A model generated the notes under the pieces. The model was given only the letters and a program-made list of their open reading frames with translations, made no database searches and had not been told where the DNA came from. This document shows, piece after piece, positions 1-8,582 of a DNA stretch of 31,317 bases (the first letter of the stretch is position 1; every line of letters begins with the position of its first letter). Both the position numbers and the translations under genes were made by a program. Source of the stretch: Lachnospiraceae bacterium MD308 (GTDB lineage: Bacteria; Bacillota; Clostridia; Lachnospirales; Lachnospiraceae). The DNA lies in contig VIQU02000005.1 in assembly GCA_010206225.2 (NCBI GenBank), positions 99,027 through 130,343 of the forward strand, in the 5' to 3' direction.

Positions 1-147
1 CTTTCCGATATCTGCAGCCCGGATAATCTTGTCCAGCACGTGATTATCGATCAGGAAATTCTGCCCGAATTTCTTTTGAAAAGAAAAGCGATACTTCTGC
101 AAAATCTCAATTGTATTCTGTGGATTTCCAAGCGTTGCTCTGCCCAT
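1..147 (-). CDS. rsmA: 16S rRNA dimethyladenosine transferase RsmA/KsgA, first 49 codons only (gene runs off the left edge)
   Basis: Not in the ORF track because it is at the edge. Reverse-strand ATG at 147. My translation MGRATLGNPQNTIEILQKYRFSFQKKFGQNFLIDNHVLDKIIRAADIGK carries the KKxxGQNFLxD N-terminal signature of KsgA/RsmA. Confidence 0.75.
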   Translation of the reverse strand, partial: MGRATLGNPQNTIEILQKYRFSFQKKFGQNFLIDNHVLDKIIRAADIGK

Positions 148-263
148 ACATTCACTCCCGCAAAATAGTATTATGTTATTATACAATAAATTGAAGATTT
201 ATGATATAATAAAAAAATTAAATAATCATTAAGATGTTAGGATGATATACGGAGGATGATTGT

Positions 264-845
264 ATGAAGAAGATACATGTGATAACAGCGGTGGTTGCTT
301 CTATTGCATTAATTACCGTTGGATTTTTGGGGGCCAGACTTTTAGAAAAAGAAGATGATATTAAAGTCAGCGCCTCTTCTATCGAAGAGAAGCTGAGCAA
401 ATGCAGTGATCTAACTACTGCCAGACTCGACTATAGAGGAATGATCCGGTATGAGGACGGAGATATTCAGTATATCAACAAAAAAAGCTTTTCTATGATC
501 TATGATGCCCACATTAAGGCTGGCATTGATCTGTCACAGGCAAGGGCAGCTGTTAACGGCAAAAAAATTACCGTGACTATCCCCAGGCCAGAGATACAGG
601 ACATCGTTGTAGATCCGGATTCTTTGGAATTTTATGATGAAAAGCTGGCCTTGTTCAACTGGACGAAAAAAGAAGATACCGCAAAAGCAATGAAAGCGGC
701 CAAAGAGGATGCTGATAAAAAAGCCGCTCAGACCGAACTAATCAAACAGGCATCTGAGCAGGCAAGAACAGTCATTACAACACTGCTTGCTCCTGTAGCA
801 GAAGAAAGCAGCGAGGAATATATTTTTGAAATAATAGAACAATAA
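264..845 (+). CDS. DUF4230-like membrane-anchored protein
   Basis: 193 aa ORF with RBS ggagga upstream and an N-terminal TM helix (ITAVVASIALITVGFLG). The LDYRGMIRYE...AHIKAGIDL...ITVTIPRPEI pattern is typical of DUF4230. Recognised from memory. Confidence 0.6.
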   Translation: MKKIHVITAVVASIALITVGFLGARLLEKEDDIKVSASSIEEKLSKCSDLTTARLDYRGMIRYEDGDIQYINKKSFSMIYDAHIKAGIDLSQARAAVNGKKITVTIPRPEIQDIVVDPDSLEFYDEKLALFNWTKKEDTAKAMKAAKEDADKKAAQTELIKQASEQARTVITTLLAPVAEESSEEYIFEIIEQ

Positions 846-959
846 TGTTCTATTAGTCAACGGGCAAAACCCTTCTCTTTTATAAAGCGTCTAAACAGAG
901 CCATTGCGCCACATCTGTTTTGCAACGGCCCCGCTCACTTTCACAAGCTTTTTACTTTT

Positions 960-1721
960 TTAATTAATCGTCCACTTTAGAATATAATTTTTCAGCTTTT
1001 CAAAAAACGTCATCACAACTACCAGTACAAGGACCATGAAGATAAATCCGCCCCACATTCTCTGGTACAGGCCAAGGCTCGAATATCTCTTTACATAAAA
1101 CCCAAGACCATTCGATGCTCCGTACATCTCCGCATATACAAGCATTACGAACGAGCTGCGGAGCGAATTGACAAAGCCCGCCAGAATAGACGGACTTGCC
1201 GCTGGTATAATTACCTTGAAAAACCTTTTTGCCCCCTTTAATTCCAATGTCGCAGCATTTTCAAGATAACGCTTATCAATCGCCTGAATACCTGTGATGG
1301 TTGCGAACAATGTCGCCCATACCGTACCGTACACAATCAAGATTACTGATGCCCACCAAAATGTCGGCGCCAAAAGCACGACAAACGGCGACAGCAGAAT
1401 AGACGGCACACAACTGAACGCATAAATAATCGGATGCAGGATTTCACGGAGACGCTTATTCATACCCACAAGAAAGCCAAGTCCAAGCGCAATCACCAGT
1501 GTGATCGCTATAGACGGAACTAAAAGCTTAATTGACGAGATCAGATTGAGCACCGTAACATCCCTGTCTGCCACAAAATCCTTCCATATTCCTTCAAGCG
1601 GCGGGAACATCAATGCACTCAGCAATTTGTTGTCTGATATGTATTTATAGAGCAGAACAAATCCCACACAGATGAGAACTGTAATCCAGTATTTCTTTAT
1701 AAAATCAACTATATTTTTCAT
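960..1721 (-). CDS. ABC transporter permease, NitT/TauT (SsuC-like) family
   Basis: 253 aa polytopic membrane ORF with a BPD-transporter-like loop (ATLELKGAKRFFKVIIPAASPSILAG). It lies directly downstream of a binding-protein gene. Confidence 0.8.
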   Translation of the reverse strand: MKNIVDFIKKYWITVLICVGFVLLYKYISDNKLLSALMFPPLEGIWKDFVADRDVTVLNLISSIKLLVPSIAITLVIALGLGFLVGMNKRLREILHPIIYAFSCVPSILLSPFVVLLAPTFWWASVILIVYGTVWATLFATITGIQAIDKRYLENAATLELKGAKRFFKVIIPAASPSILAGFVNSLRSSFVMLVYAEMYGASNGLGFYVKRYSSLGLYQRMWGGFIFMVLVLVVVMTFFEKLKNYILKWTIN

Positions 1722-1754
1722 TTGCCATCCTCATTATTTATGCGTATGATTTGT

Positions 1755-2486
1755 CTACTCGTTGTTCTCCTGATAGAACTTCACCGCATTATCATAAAAT
1801 TCCTGATCCTCACTGCCCCATTTTTCAACAGCTTCATCAAGAGCCTCTTTGTAAATATCATTGTAGATCCAGTCTTCCATATTGACGCTTTCATTAAGAT
1901 TCTCGATCCCGCCTACCTTGACCATATAATCATAATTATCCATTACAATGTTCTTTACCGTATCCGGATTAATTCTGTAATGCTCGTTGAGCATATAAGC
2001 CTCTACATATTCCTTGTCCGCATTAAGCTGCTCTACCATCAAATCCACGCATTCTTCCCTGTGTGTCTCAAAATAGCACATCGCACGAATCAATGCCTCA
2101 TTAATGAGCTTTACTGTTTCCCTATTCTCTTTTACCCATGAATCACGCGCGACCATACGGCAACAAGAATAATTCGGTGTTACGTCACTGCAGTATGTTA
2201 CGATTTTGATACCTTCCGTGTTCAAAACCTCATACATTCTTCCAGTACCAATTGTCGCATAGTCAATCTCGCCCTTTAATACAGCCTGTATCTCTTCACT
2301 GTCACTTTCATACTCAGAAAATGTAATCTCTTTCTCTGCTGTTCCCTCAGATGAAGCTTCTTCTCCGGATGATTCTGTCTCTTTTGACGGCTCTGAACTC
2401 TCAGCTGATCCTGAACCTCCTTTGCATGCTACAAGGCTCAATGCCATTGTTGCGATCATTAGACTTGAAATGATTCGCCTTTTCAT
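1755..2486 (-). CDS. ABC substrate-binding lipoprotein (NMT1/SsuA-like), unusually short
   Basis: I place the start at MKRRIISS (ATG 2486, RBS aggagg). Lipobox LSLVAC is followed by a Ser/Glu-rich linker. The mature domain is only ~180 aa, which is short for this family. Confidence 0.6.
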   Translation of the reverse strand: MKRRIISSLMIATMALSLVACKGGSGSAESSEPSKETESSGEEASSEGTAEKEITFSEYESDSEEIQAVLKGEIDYATIGTGRMYEVLNTEGIKIVTYCSDVTPNYSCCRMVARDSWVKENRETVKLINEALIRAMCYFETHREECVDLMVEQLNADKEYVEAYMLNEHYRINPDTVKNIVMDNYDYMVKVGGIENLNESVNMEDWIYNDIYKEALDEAVEKWGSEDQEFYDNAVKFYQENNE

Positions 2487-2574
2487 GTTATTTCCTCCTT
2501 GATGTAAAATAATTTTGTCCGGCATCTTACCGGAAATATGTATAACGGACTATCCGTTTATACCTATTTCAATC

Positions 2575-2957
2575 CTATTCAACGTGGCTTAATACATCCT
2601 GATTGATCTGCCTGATCAATTCATTTCTCAGCTTTAACACATCCACGTTCTCAAACTGATTCTCCCTTGTGGCCTTTTTATCCTCCGGAATCTTGCAATC
2701 ATAAATTACATTACTGGGCGACTGTCCCAGAACGACAATCCTGTTCGCTAAAAGCAGTGCCTCATCCACGTCATGGGTTACAAAAAAGACTGTCTTTTTT
2801 ACTTCCTCTTTTGACCATAGATGCAAGATCAGATCCTGAAGTCTGGACCTCGTTACCGCATCCAACGCTCCAAAAGGTTCATCCATCAGAAAAACAGGCG
2901 CATCAACGCTCAAGGATCTCGCAATCGCACAGCGCTGTTTCATACCTCCCGACAATG
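2575..2957 (-). pseudogene. ABC transporter ATP-binding protein, 3' fragment only (starts at the LSGG signature; Walker A half missing)
   Basis: The ORF reads (L)SGGMKQRCAIARSL...FLMDEPFGALD...VTHD, i.e. signature, Walker B and H-loop. An in-frame stop lies two codons upstream of LSGG, and the upstream sequence is unrelated. Confidence 0.8.
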
Positions 2958-3044
2958 CTCATGTACGGTAAAGAAGCAAGCAACTGAAAACAACAGATAG
3001 ACCGCCAGCACCACACTATTCCGAACCAAAGAAAGCAAAGACCA

Positions 3045-3140
3045 AAAGACAAGCATTATGGAAATGTGCATAACAGGCTATGGAATCATGGATAACTCTA
3101 TTCACAGCACATGGAAAAGCTAAAGTGCAGCTTTCACACG
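3045..3140. repeat. Left copy of a ~90 bp imperfect direct repeat bracketing the cargo module
   Basis: aagcattatggaaatgtgcataacaggctatggaatcatggataactct...ggaaaagctaaagtgcagctttcacac aligns without gaps to 7135-7230. I counted 14 mismatches over 80 aligned bases; the offset is 4090 bp. Confidence 0.75.
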
Positions 3141-3197
3141 TCCTGCAAACAGAGTTACCCACAATTCCATGAGACAGCCAGTTATACACATTCCCAC

Positions 3198-3485
3198 AAA
3201 TCCAAACTTAGAAGAAATCCAAACTTTCCTCTGTAAATCCTTTATTCAAGGCATTTTCTGATATAAAAGTTTGGATTTTGTTTTGTACTTCTCTTGTCAG
3301 AAATGAGAATAAATTGATTGAAACAGAGCTAAATAGCAATGTTTTACGCATTTTATCATAATTGGAGTATTGTACTTTGTGAAACGAAATCCAAACTTTT
3401 TCCGGCAAGAATCCCCAATTATCAAGCTGTTTTCAGAAAAGTTTGGATTTTATATAAGTTTGGATTTGTGGAAAAATCTAAACTT
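3198..3485. promoter_or_regulatory. Array of 12-bp boxes AAATCCAAACTT arranged as two inverted three-box modules (putative operator, iteron or centromere-like site)
   Basis: Perfect boxes in forward orientation at 3198-3209, 3215-3226 and 3387-3398. Perfect boxes in reverse orientation at 3267-3278, 3439-3450 and 3456-3467. One-mismatch copy at 3474-3485. Spacings are 17/52 and 52/17. Confidence 0.6.
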
Positions 3486-3624
3486 TTGGATTTTACACAC
3501 AATGCCGATTACTACGAAATCCATATTATTCTTATATCTTCTTTCAAAACAAAAAAGCAAGTACAATAGCAACTTGTTTTTTTCGCTTAAACGAAATATA
3601 ATATCTTGCGAGGAGGAAACGATT

Positions 3625-3816
3625 ATGGATTTTATGACAACTAAAGAAGCCGCCTTGAAATGGGGGCTTACAAACAGAATGGTACAATATTACTGCAAAG
3701 AGGGTAAAATTCAAAAAGCGGAAAAAATAGGAAGCATGTGGCTGCTTCCAAAAGATGCAAAGAAGCCTATTGATAAAAGGACTATGGAGGGGAGGGCTAA
3801 GGAAAGTGGCCAGTAA
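3625..3816 (+). CDS. Small helix-turn-helix DNA-binding protein (MerR/excisionase-type HTH)
   Basis: ATG at 3625 lies 6 nt after aggagg. The 63 aa product MDFMTTKEAALKWGLTNRMVQYYCKEGKIQKAEKIGSMWLLPKD has a typical HTH_17-like pattern. The longer ORF-track N-terminus lies in low-complexity AT-rich DNA. Confidence 0.65.
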   Translation: MDFMTTKEAALKWGLTNRMVQYYCKEGKIQKAEKIGSMWLLPKDAKKPIDKRTMEGRAKESGQ

Positions 3817-4498
3817 AATTATTGTCGTTGAAGATGATATATCTATTTGTGAAATGGTTGATAATTATTTAGTTAGTGAAGATTTCAGGGTAAACGTTTT
3901 TCATAGCGGTTTTGAAGCAATAAGAGCTTTCCAGTTAAATACGGATTATGCACTTGCTCTGATTGATTTAATGTTGCCAGATACAAGTGGCATGGAAGTA
4001 ATCAAAGCCATTCGTCAAATCAGCAAAATCCCTATTATTATTATTACAGCGAAAGACAATGATACGGACAAATCAATGGGTTTGAATCTGGGAGCGGACG
4101 ATTATGTGGTAAAGCCATTTTCCTTAATTGAGCTTACTGCAAGAATCAAAGCCAATATCAGGCGTGCTACAAGCTATGACAACCAACAGGAAGAAACCGT
4201 CACAAGAATTAAGGATTTAGAAATTAACCAGACAACACATAGCGTAAAGGCTGCTGGAACCGTTTTGGAATTAACCCGCACAGAATTTGAAATTTTAAAT
4301 CTAATGGCTTCTCATCCGGGACAGGCTTTTTCTAAAGAAAGACTTTATGATTTGATTTGGAAAGAACCGTATTTTGGAAATGAAAACGTGTTGAACACGC
4401 ACATCAACAGGCTGAGGGCGAAATTAAAAATGGTTTCAAACAGTGATGCCACATATATTAAAACTTTATGGGGCATCGGATATAAAATGGAGGAATAA
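3806..4498 (+). CDS. OmpR/PhoB-family response regulator
   Basis: Receiver domain (IIVVEDD...DLMLPD...KPF) plus winged-helix C-terminus (LTRTEFEILNLM...NTHINRLRAKL). The probable GTG start at 3806 overlaps the HTH gene end. ATG 3755 is an alternative start. Confidence 0.85.
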   Translation: MASKIIVVEDDISICEMVDNYLVSEDFRVNVFHSGFEAIRAFQLNTDYALALIDLMLPDTSGMEVIKAIRQISKIPIIIITAKDNDTDKSMGLNLGADDYVVKPFSLIELTARIKANIRRATSYDNQQEETVTRIKDLEINQTTHSVKAAGTVLELTRTEFEILNLMASHPGQAFSKERLYDLIWKEPYFGNENVLNTHINRLRAKLKMVSNSDATYIKTLWGIGYKMEE

Positions 4499-4501
4499 CT
4501 G

Positions 4502-5422
4502 GTGTACACACTACTTATTGTTCTCATACTAATATTATTCGCAATGTTTTTATATGAATGGTCAAAAAACAGAAGAACATCCAAAGAAATCAAATATATC
4601 AGAGAATGGTTTACAATGGCTCCTTGCTTGAAAGAAAACCGACAGATTTTAATCCCGTCTGAAAATGCAGAAATTAAAGGGCTTTCAGTAGAATTGAATA
4701 AATTACTGGATGAACTTTATGCACAAAGAGTCAGTTATGAACATTCCATACAAGCTATGATGCAGGTGCTTACCAATATTTCACATGATTTAAGGACACC
4801 TCTCACTGTTCTAAAGGGATATAGCGAATTACTAAACAGAGAAGTATCAGATATGCCGGTAAAAGAGAAAATTACGGAAATGGCAATTAGAATTGATAGT
4901 AAAGCAAATGAATTAGTTGCAACTATAAATGAATATTTTACTCTGTCAAAAATAACGTCCGGGGATATGAACATGGAACCCAGCATGGTAAATGTTACAC
5001 AAATATGTCATGAAATAATATTGGATTATTATGATGTTTTGGATGAAAGAAAATACAAGGTTGAAATAGAAATCAGTCCTTTGCCGGAATATGCATATGC
5101 AGATACCCCCGCACTGAACAGAATACTGAAAAATCTAATTGATAATGCAATAAAACATGGCAATGAGGGGAAATATCTTGCGTTCCGCTTAAAAAGAATA
5201 TCAGATAAGGTCATGATAGAGGTGGAAGACCATGGCAAGGGCATAGCAGAAAAAGAGCGGGAACACATTTTTTACAGGAACTACACGACAGCGCATAAAA
5301 ACTATGGAAGTGGGCTGGGGCTTACGATTGCTAAAAATCTTGCGCTGCAAATGGGGGCTGATATACAAGTTGACAGTGAGCCAGGCCAGAAAACAGTTTT
5401 TACCTTGATTTTAAAAAGTTAG
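4502..5422 (+). CDS. Sensor histidine kinase (short N-terminal membrane anchor, HisKA + HATPase_c)
   Basis: H-box SHDLRTPLT, N-box LIDNAIKHG, G-boxes DHGKGI and GSGLGLTIA. GTG start lies 4 nt after the regulator stop. Confidence 0.85.
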   Translation: MYTLLIVLILILFAMFLYEWSKNRRTSKEIKYIREWFTMAPCLKENRQILIPSENAEIKGLSVELNKLLDELYAQRVSYEHSIQAMMQVLTNISHDLRTPLTVLKGYSELLNREVSDMPVKEKITEMAIRIDSKANELVATINEYFTLSKITSGDMNMEPSMVNVTQICHEIILDYYDVLDERKYKVEIEISPLPEYAYADTPALNRILKNLIDNAIKHGNEGKYLAFRLKRISDKVMIEVEDHGKGIAEKEREHIFYRNYTTAHKNYGSGLGLTIAKNLALQMGADIQVDSEPGQKTVFTLILKS

Positions 5423-5497
5423 AAAAAAGTTAGATTTCAGACAGATAAAGGAGAATTCTGTTTTGTATACTGTGGAATAGCAAAGGAGGCGTACAAA

Positions 5498-6412
5498 ATG
5501 GATTATATTATCGCAACATCAAATTTGACAAAATCCTATAAGGAAAAAGTTGTAGTTGACAAGGTAAATCTTCATGTTAAAAAGGGAGAAATCTATGGCT
5601 TTGTTGGGCCAAACGGCGCAGGAAAAAGCACTATCATGAAAATGCTTTTGAATTTAGTGCGCCCGGATTCCGGAGAAATATATATTTTTGGCGAAAAAAT
5701 GGACGATAAGAATTATGAATGTCTGAAACGGATTGGCTGTATCATAGAAAACCCTTATTTCTATGAAAAAATGACAGGACTACAAAATTTGGAATTGCAT
5801 TGTGATTATATGGGTTATCATAACCGCAGACGTATAAAAGATGTTTTGGAATTGGTCAATCTTCAAAACATTGAGGGAAAAGCAGTTTCGCAATATTCTT
5901 TAGGGATGAAACAGCGTCTTGCCATTGCAAGGGCAATTTTAGCAAAACCAGAATTGTTGATACTGGACGAACCTATCAATGCGCTTGACCCAGAGGGAAT
6001 AAAAGAAATGCGTCTTTTATTTGGGCGGCTACATCAGGATTACGGGGCAACTATTTTTATTTCCAGCCATATTCTTTCCGAAGTTGAACAGATTGCGGAC
6101 AGAATCGGCGTTATCGCAGGCGGAAAGCTCTTGAAAGAAATATCTATCCATGAAGTTCATGAATATCAGACAGAATACATTGAAATAGATACGGATAATG
6201 TGAAACAAGCCGCCTGCCTTTTGGAACAAGACGAGAGGCTGTCACATTTTGATGTAGTGGACGATACGATTATCAGGATTTATAACACCGTTGTTTCCGG
6301 AAAAGAAATCTCAGCGTTGCTTGTAAAAAATGGAGTTGGTTTGGAAAGCATAGGACGAAAGGAAAACAGTTTGGAGGATTATTTCTTCCAGCTTACAAAG
6401 GAGGGAAAATAG
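5498..6412 (+). CDS. ABC transporter ATP-binding protein (BcrA/lantibiotic-protection-like)
   Basis: Walker A GPNGAGKST, signature YSLGMKQR, Walker B LLILDEP, H-loop SSH. RBS aaggagg. Confidence 0.85.
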   Translation: MDYIIATSNLTKSYKEKVVVDKVNLHVKKGEIYGFVGPNGAGKSTIMKMLLNLVRPDSGEIYIFGEKMDDKNYECLKRIGCIIENPYFYEKMTGLQNLELHCDYMGYHNRRRIKDVLELVNLQNIEGKAVSQYSLGMKQRLAIARAILAKPELLILDEPINALDPEGIKEMRLLFGRLHQDYGATIFISSHILSEVEQIADRIGVIAGGKLLKEISIHEVHEYQTEYIEIDTDNVKQAACLLEQDERLSHFDVVDDTIIRIYNTVVSGKEISALLVKNGVGLESIGRKENSLEDYFFQLTKEGK

Positions 6413-6413
6413 A

Positions 6414-7106
6414 ATGGTTCATTTACTGAAACTTGAAATAAGAAAATTCAGACTGCCCCGCAAAATAATGACTGCTATTTTTGCAGTTGCTTTTTGTATA
6501 TTGTTTATTACGGTGTCTTTGGTTGACAGCATGACCGACCCAGAACAGACAAAAGACACATTTGAAAGCACATTTCTTGTAATAGGGCTTTTGGTATCAT
6601 TTATTTTTCTGATATATTCATCAATACTTACGTCTACATTGGTGATTAGTGAGTACAGCCAGCGAACCATTACAATCCTGTTTTCTTATCCTTTAAACAA
6701 GAAATTGCTTATCGTAATAAAAATGATGCTTATTATGGCTTTTACTGCTATTTCATTGCTGTTCGGATATGTTTGCTGTTGTGGATATATCGTCGGAATG
6801 GATTATGCTTTTGATATGTTGGAGGGTTCTTTTCAGATATCTTATTTATCAGAATGGGTGCCGATGGCAGTTACCAGCACTATCATTTGCAGCGCTTTAT
6901 CATGGTGGCCGTTTGTCATTGGGATGATAAAAAAGTCTGTTCCTGCAACGATTGTTACTTCTCTCATTGTTTTATTTGTCAGACAACTTATCATTACGAA
7001 GAACCCGACTAATCAAGAGAATTTGTTCCAAGCAGTTTTAGTGTTAATAGTTACGTTGGTAGCCGTAATGATTGTTTTTCGAGAAAAAGTAACAAAAATA
7101 GATTAG
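6414..7106 (+). CDS. ABC-2 type membrane permease (peptide-antibiotic immunity/export type)
   Basis: 230 aa with about six hydrophobic helices. It starts 2 nt after the ATPase stop. Confidence 0.7.
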   Translation: MVHLLKLEIRKFRLPRKIMTAIFAVAFCILFITVSLVDSMTDPEQTKDTFESTFLVIGLLVSFIFLIYSSILTSTLVISEYSQRTITILFSYPLNKKLLIVIKMMLIMAFTAISLLFGYVCCCGYIVGMDYAFDMLEGSFQISYLSEWVPMAVTSTIICSALSWWPFVIGMIKKSVPATIVTSLIVLFVRQLIITKNPTNQENLFQAVLVLIVTLVAVMIVFREKVTKID

Positions 7107-7134
7107 ATAAAGCAAGGGATGGAATTAAAGCCAC

Positions 7135-7230
7135 AAGGACAAGCATCGTGAAAGTGTGCATAACAAGCTATGGATTCATGGATAACTCTGTTTGTAGGAC
7201 GCGGAAAAGCTAAAGAGCAGCTTTACACCA
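7135..7230. repeat. Right copy of the ~90 bp imperfect direct repeat
   Basis: aagcatcgtgaaagtgtgcataacaagctatggattcatggataactct...ggaaaagctaaagagcagctttacac. See the left copy at 3045-3140. Confidence 0.75.
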
Positions 7231-7243
7231 CGCCCGTTGTTGA

Positions 7244-7627
7244 CAGACCATACACTATGCGGCAATCAACGCATGGCGTGACAGGGATAAGCGGCGGCAA
7301 AGGGGAATATCCTTTGAATACCTCACAGAAGAAAAGTTTTACCCATTCAGTACATCAGATAAATTTTTTACAGACCCCTATAAACAATACCCGGTTATGA
7401 TATGCAGTCCGAGGGTTATCCTCACAAACGGAAATCTTGCCACCGTTTTGTCCTCTCTGCCGGAGAAAAAGAGGGAAATCATCTATCTTTACTTTTTTGG
7501 GCGTTATACACAACAGGAAATCGGGGAACTATACGGACGCTGCCGGAGTACGGCGTGGCATCACATACACAGTGCCTTGCAAATGCTGCATGAAGAAATG
7601 GAGGTGCTTTTCCATGAGGAATCCTAA
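7244..7627 (+). pseudogene. Sigma-70 region-4 (ECF-like, conjugative-transposon orf7-like) protein, N-terminally truncated
   Basis: The open frame runs from 7244 with no plausible start: ...INAWRDRDKRRQRGISFEYL...LPEKKREIIYLYFFGRYTQQEIGELYGRCRSTAWHHIHSALQML. Only the region-4 HTH is present. Confidence 0.5.
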
Positions 7628-7789
7628 ACTTGTACCGTATGAAACCATTGTCAGAGCAACCAGCGGAGAGCCGGAAGCCATTGACGAGGTTTTACGGCAT
7701 TACAGCAAGCGAATCCGGCTTGCTTCCCTTGAAAACGGACAGGTCAACAAGGACACCGAGGACAACATTAAACGGCGGCTTATCGCACT
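7614..7789 (+). pseudogene. Small conjugative-transposon HTH protein (orf8-like), 3'-truncated at the junction with metC-like DNA
   Basis: MRNPKLVPYETIVRATSGEPEAIDEVLRHYSKRIRLASLENGQVNKDTEDNIKRRLIA, after which the frame reads antisense metC-like DNA to a stop at 7832. Confidence 0.5.
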
Positions 7790-8246
7790 CTATATCAGAA
7801 ACACACAAAAGAGGATTAGAAGGCGTCTCTAAAAATACCATTCTGACATCTTCCGGCGCCTCCTCAAAATCATAGTGGTTAAAATCCGTTACAACCTCGT
7901 ATAAAATATTTCTCTCTTCAAATACATGGGATACATAATTCCATGTTCCTCCATATACATTACTGTTGATCAGCACTCTGTCGCCCGGCTTAAGAAGGGC
8001 AAAAGCAAGCGCAGTCGCTGCCATTCCGCTGGCCATAGCCAAAGCGTACTTCGCCTCCTCCAACTGCGCGATCAACTGCTCCACATGATTCCTTGTCGGA
8101 TTGTTAGAACGGCTGTATACAAATTCTCCATACTCTCCTATTGAGCCCTGAACAAAAGTAGACGACAGGTATAGTGGATAATTTACTCCTTTTATATCCA
8201 CATCTTCCTGTCGTCCGCCGTGAATTGCCAATGATGCATACTTCAT
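7790..8246 (-). pseudogene. Cys/Met-metabolism PLP enzyme (cystathionine beta-lyase/gamma-synthase family), 5' ~150 codons only
   Basis: MKYASLAIHGG...YSRSNNPT...ASGMAA...ETPSNPLLCVSDI. The frame then runs into the element. The PLP-lysine region is absent. Confidence 0.75.
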
Positions 8247-8538
8247 GATATGTTTCCCCTTTCATTCGTAATTCTGCATTCAGAGAATACCCCATACTAT
8301 GTTCTCCGAAATTATCATTCTTGCACATGCGTTTTCTGTTTACGCACAAACGCACTTTATTTACGCATATTATTTTAATACCCCCCACCCGTAATTCAAA
8401 TTGATTTTTATAATATATAAATTGATATATTTGTTTTATCTATATAATTAGAAAGAAAGATAATGCTGTTTACGAATTATTATCTGACTACACAATTTGA
8501 ATATTCTCTGATTCAAACCCGCAGATAAAATATTATAA

Positions 8539-8563
8539 GCAGGGGACTCCGTATATCCCCTGC
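8539..8563 (-). terminator. Hairpin downstream of lrgB
   Basis: gcagggga-ctccgtata-tcccctgc forms an 8-bp stem. It is T-rich on the minus strand after the stem. Confidence 0.5.
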
Positions 8564-8582
8564 CTAAACAAACCATTTTCTG

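Larger units (their letters stand above)
2958..7789 (+). mobile_element. Remnant of a conjugative-transposon/ICE-like element carrying a two-component system plus ABC-2 exporter cargo; no integrase, relaxase or intact ends present
   Basis: AT-rich block with sharp junctions inside two chromosomal genes (ABC ATPase at ~2957, metC-like at ~7789). The right part encodes a truncated sigma-70 region-4 protein and a truncated small HTH protein. These resemble the regulatory pair next to xis/int of Tn916/Tn1549-type elements (from memory). Confidence 0.55.

Noticed and set aside
1722-2141. 139-aa plus-strand ORF
   Set aside because: It is antisense to the binding-protein gene and has an Ile/Leu-rich nonsense composition.
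3198-3485. Possibility that the repeated boxes are a CRISPR array
   Set aside because: The repeat unit is only 12 bp, occurs in both orientations and has irregular 5-108 bp spacers. There are no cas genes.
3208-3624. ORFs 3208-3408(-), 3339-3569(+) and the N-terminal 85 codons of 3370-3816
   Set aside because: They lie in AT-rich DNA dominated by the 12-bp box array. The translations are Phe/Lys/Leu/Asn-rich with no RBS. The real HTH gene starts at 3625 behind a strong RBS.
7170-7875. Overlapping ORFs 7170-7400, 7402-7593, 7437-7613 and 7630-7875
   Set aside because: These are alternative frames of the truncated sigma-like/HTH genes and the fusion junction. Only the frames described in the features show recognisable domain sequence.
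8247-8400. Possible S-box/SAM riboswitch or T-box upstream of the metC-like fragment; repeated TTTACGCA words at ~8337 and ~8366
   Set aside because: I could not find the conserved S-box core or a T-box/terminator pair. The short repeats are too few to call an operator. ORF 8104-8388 is a read-through of this leader.
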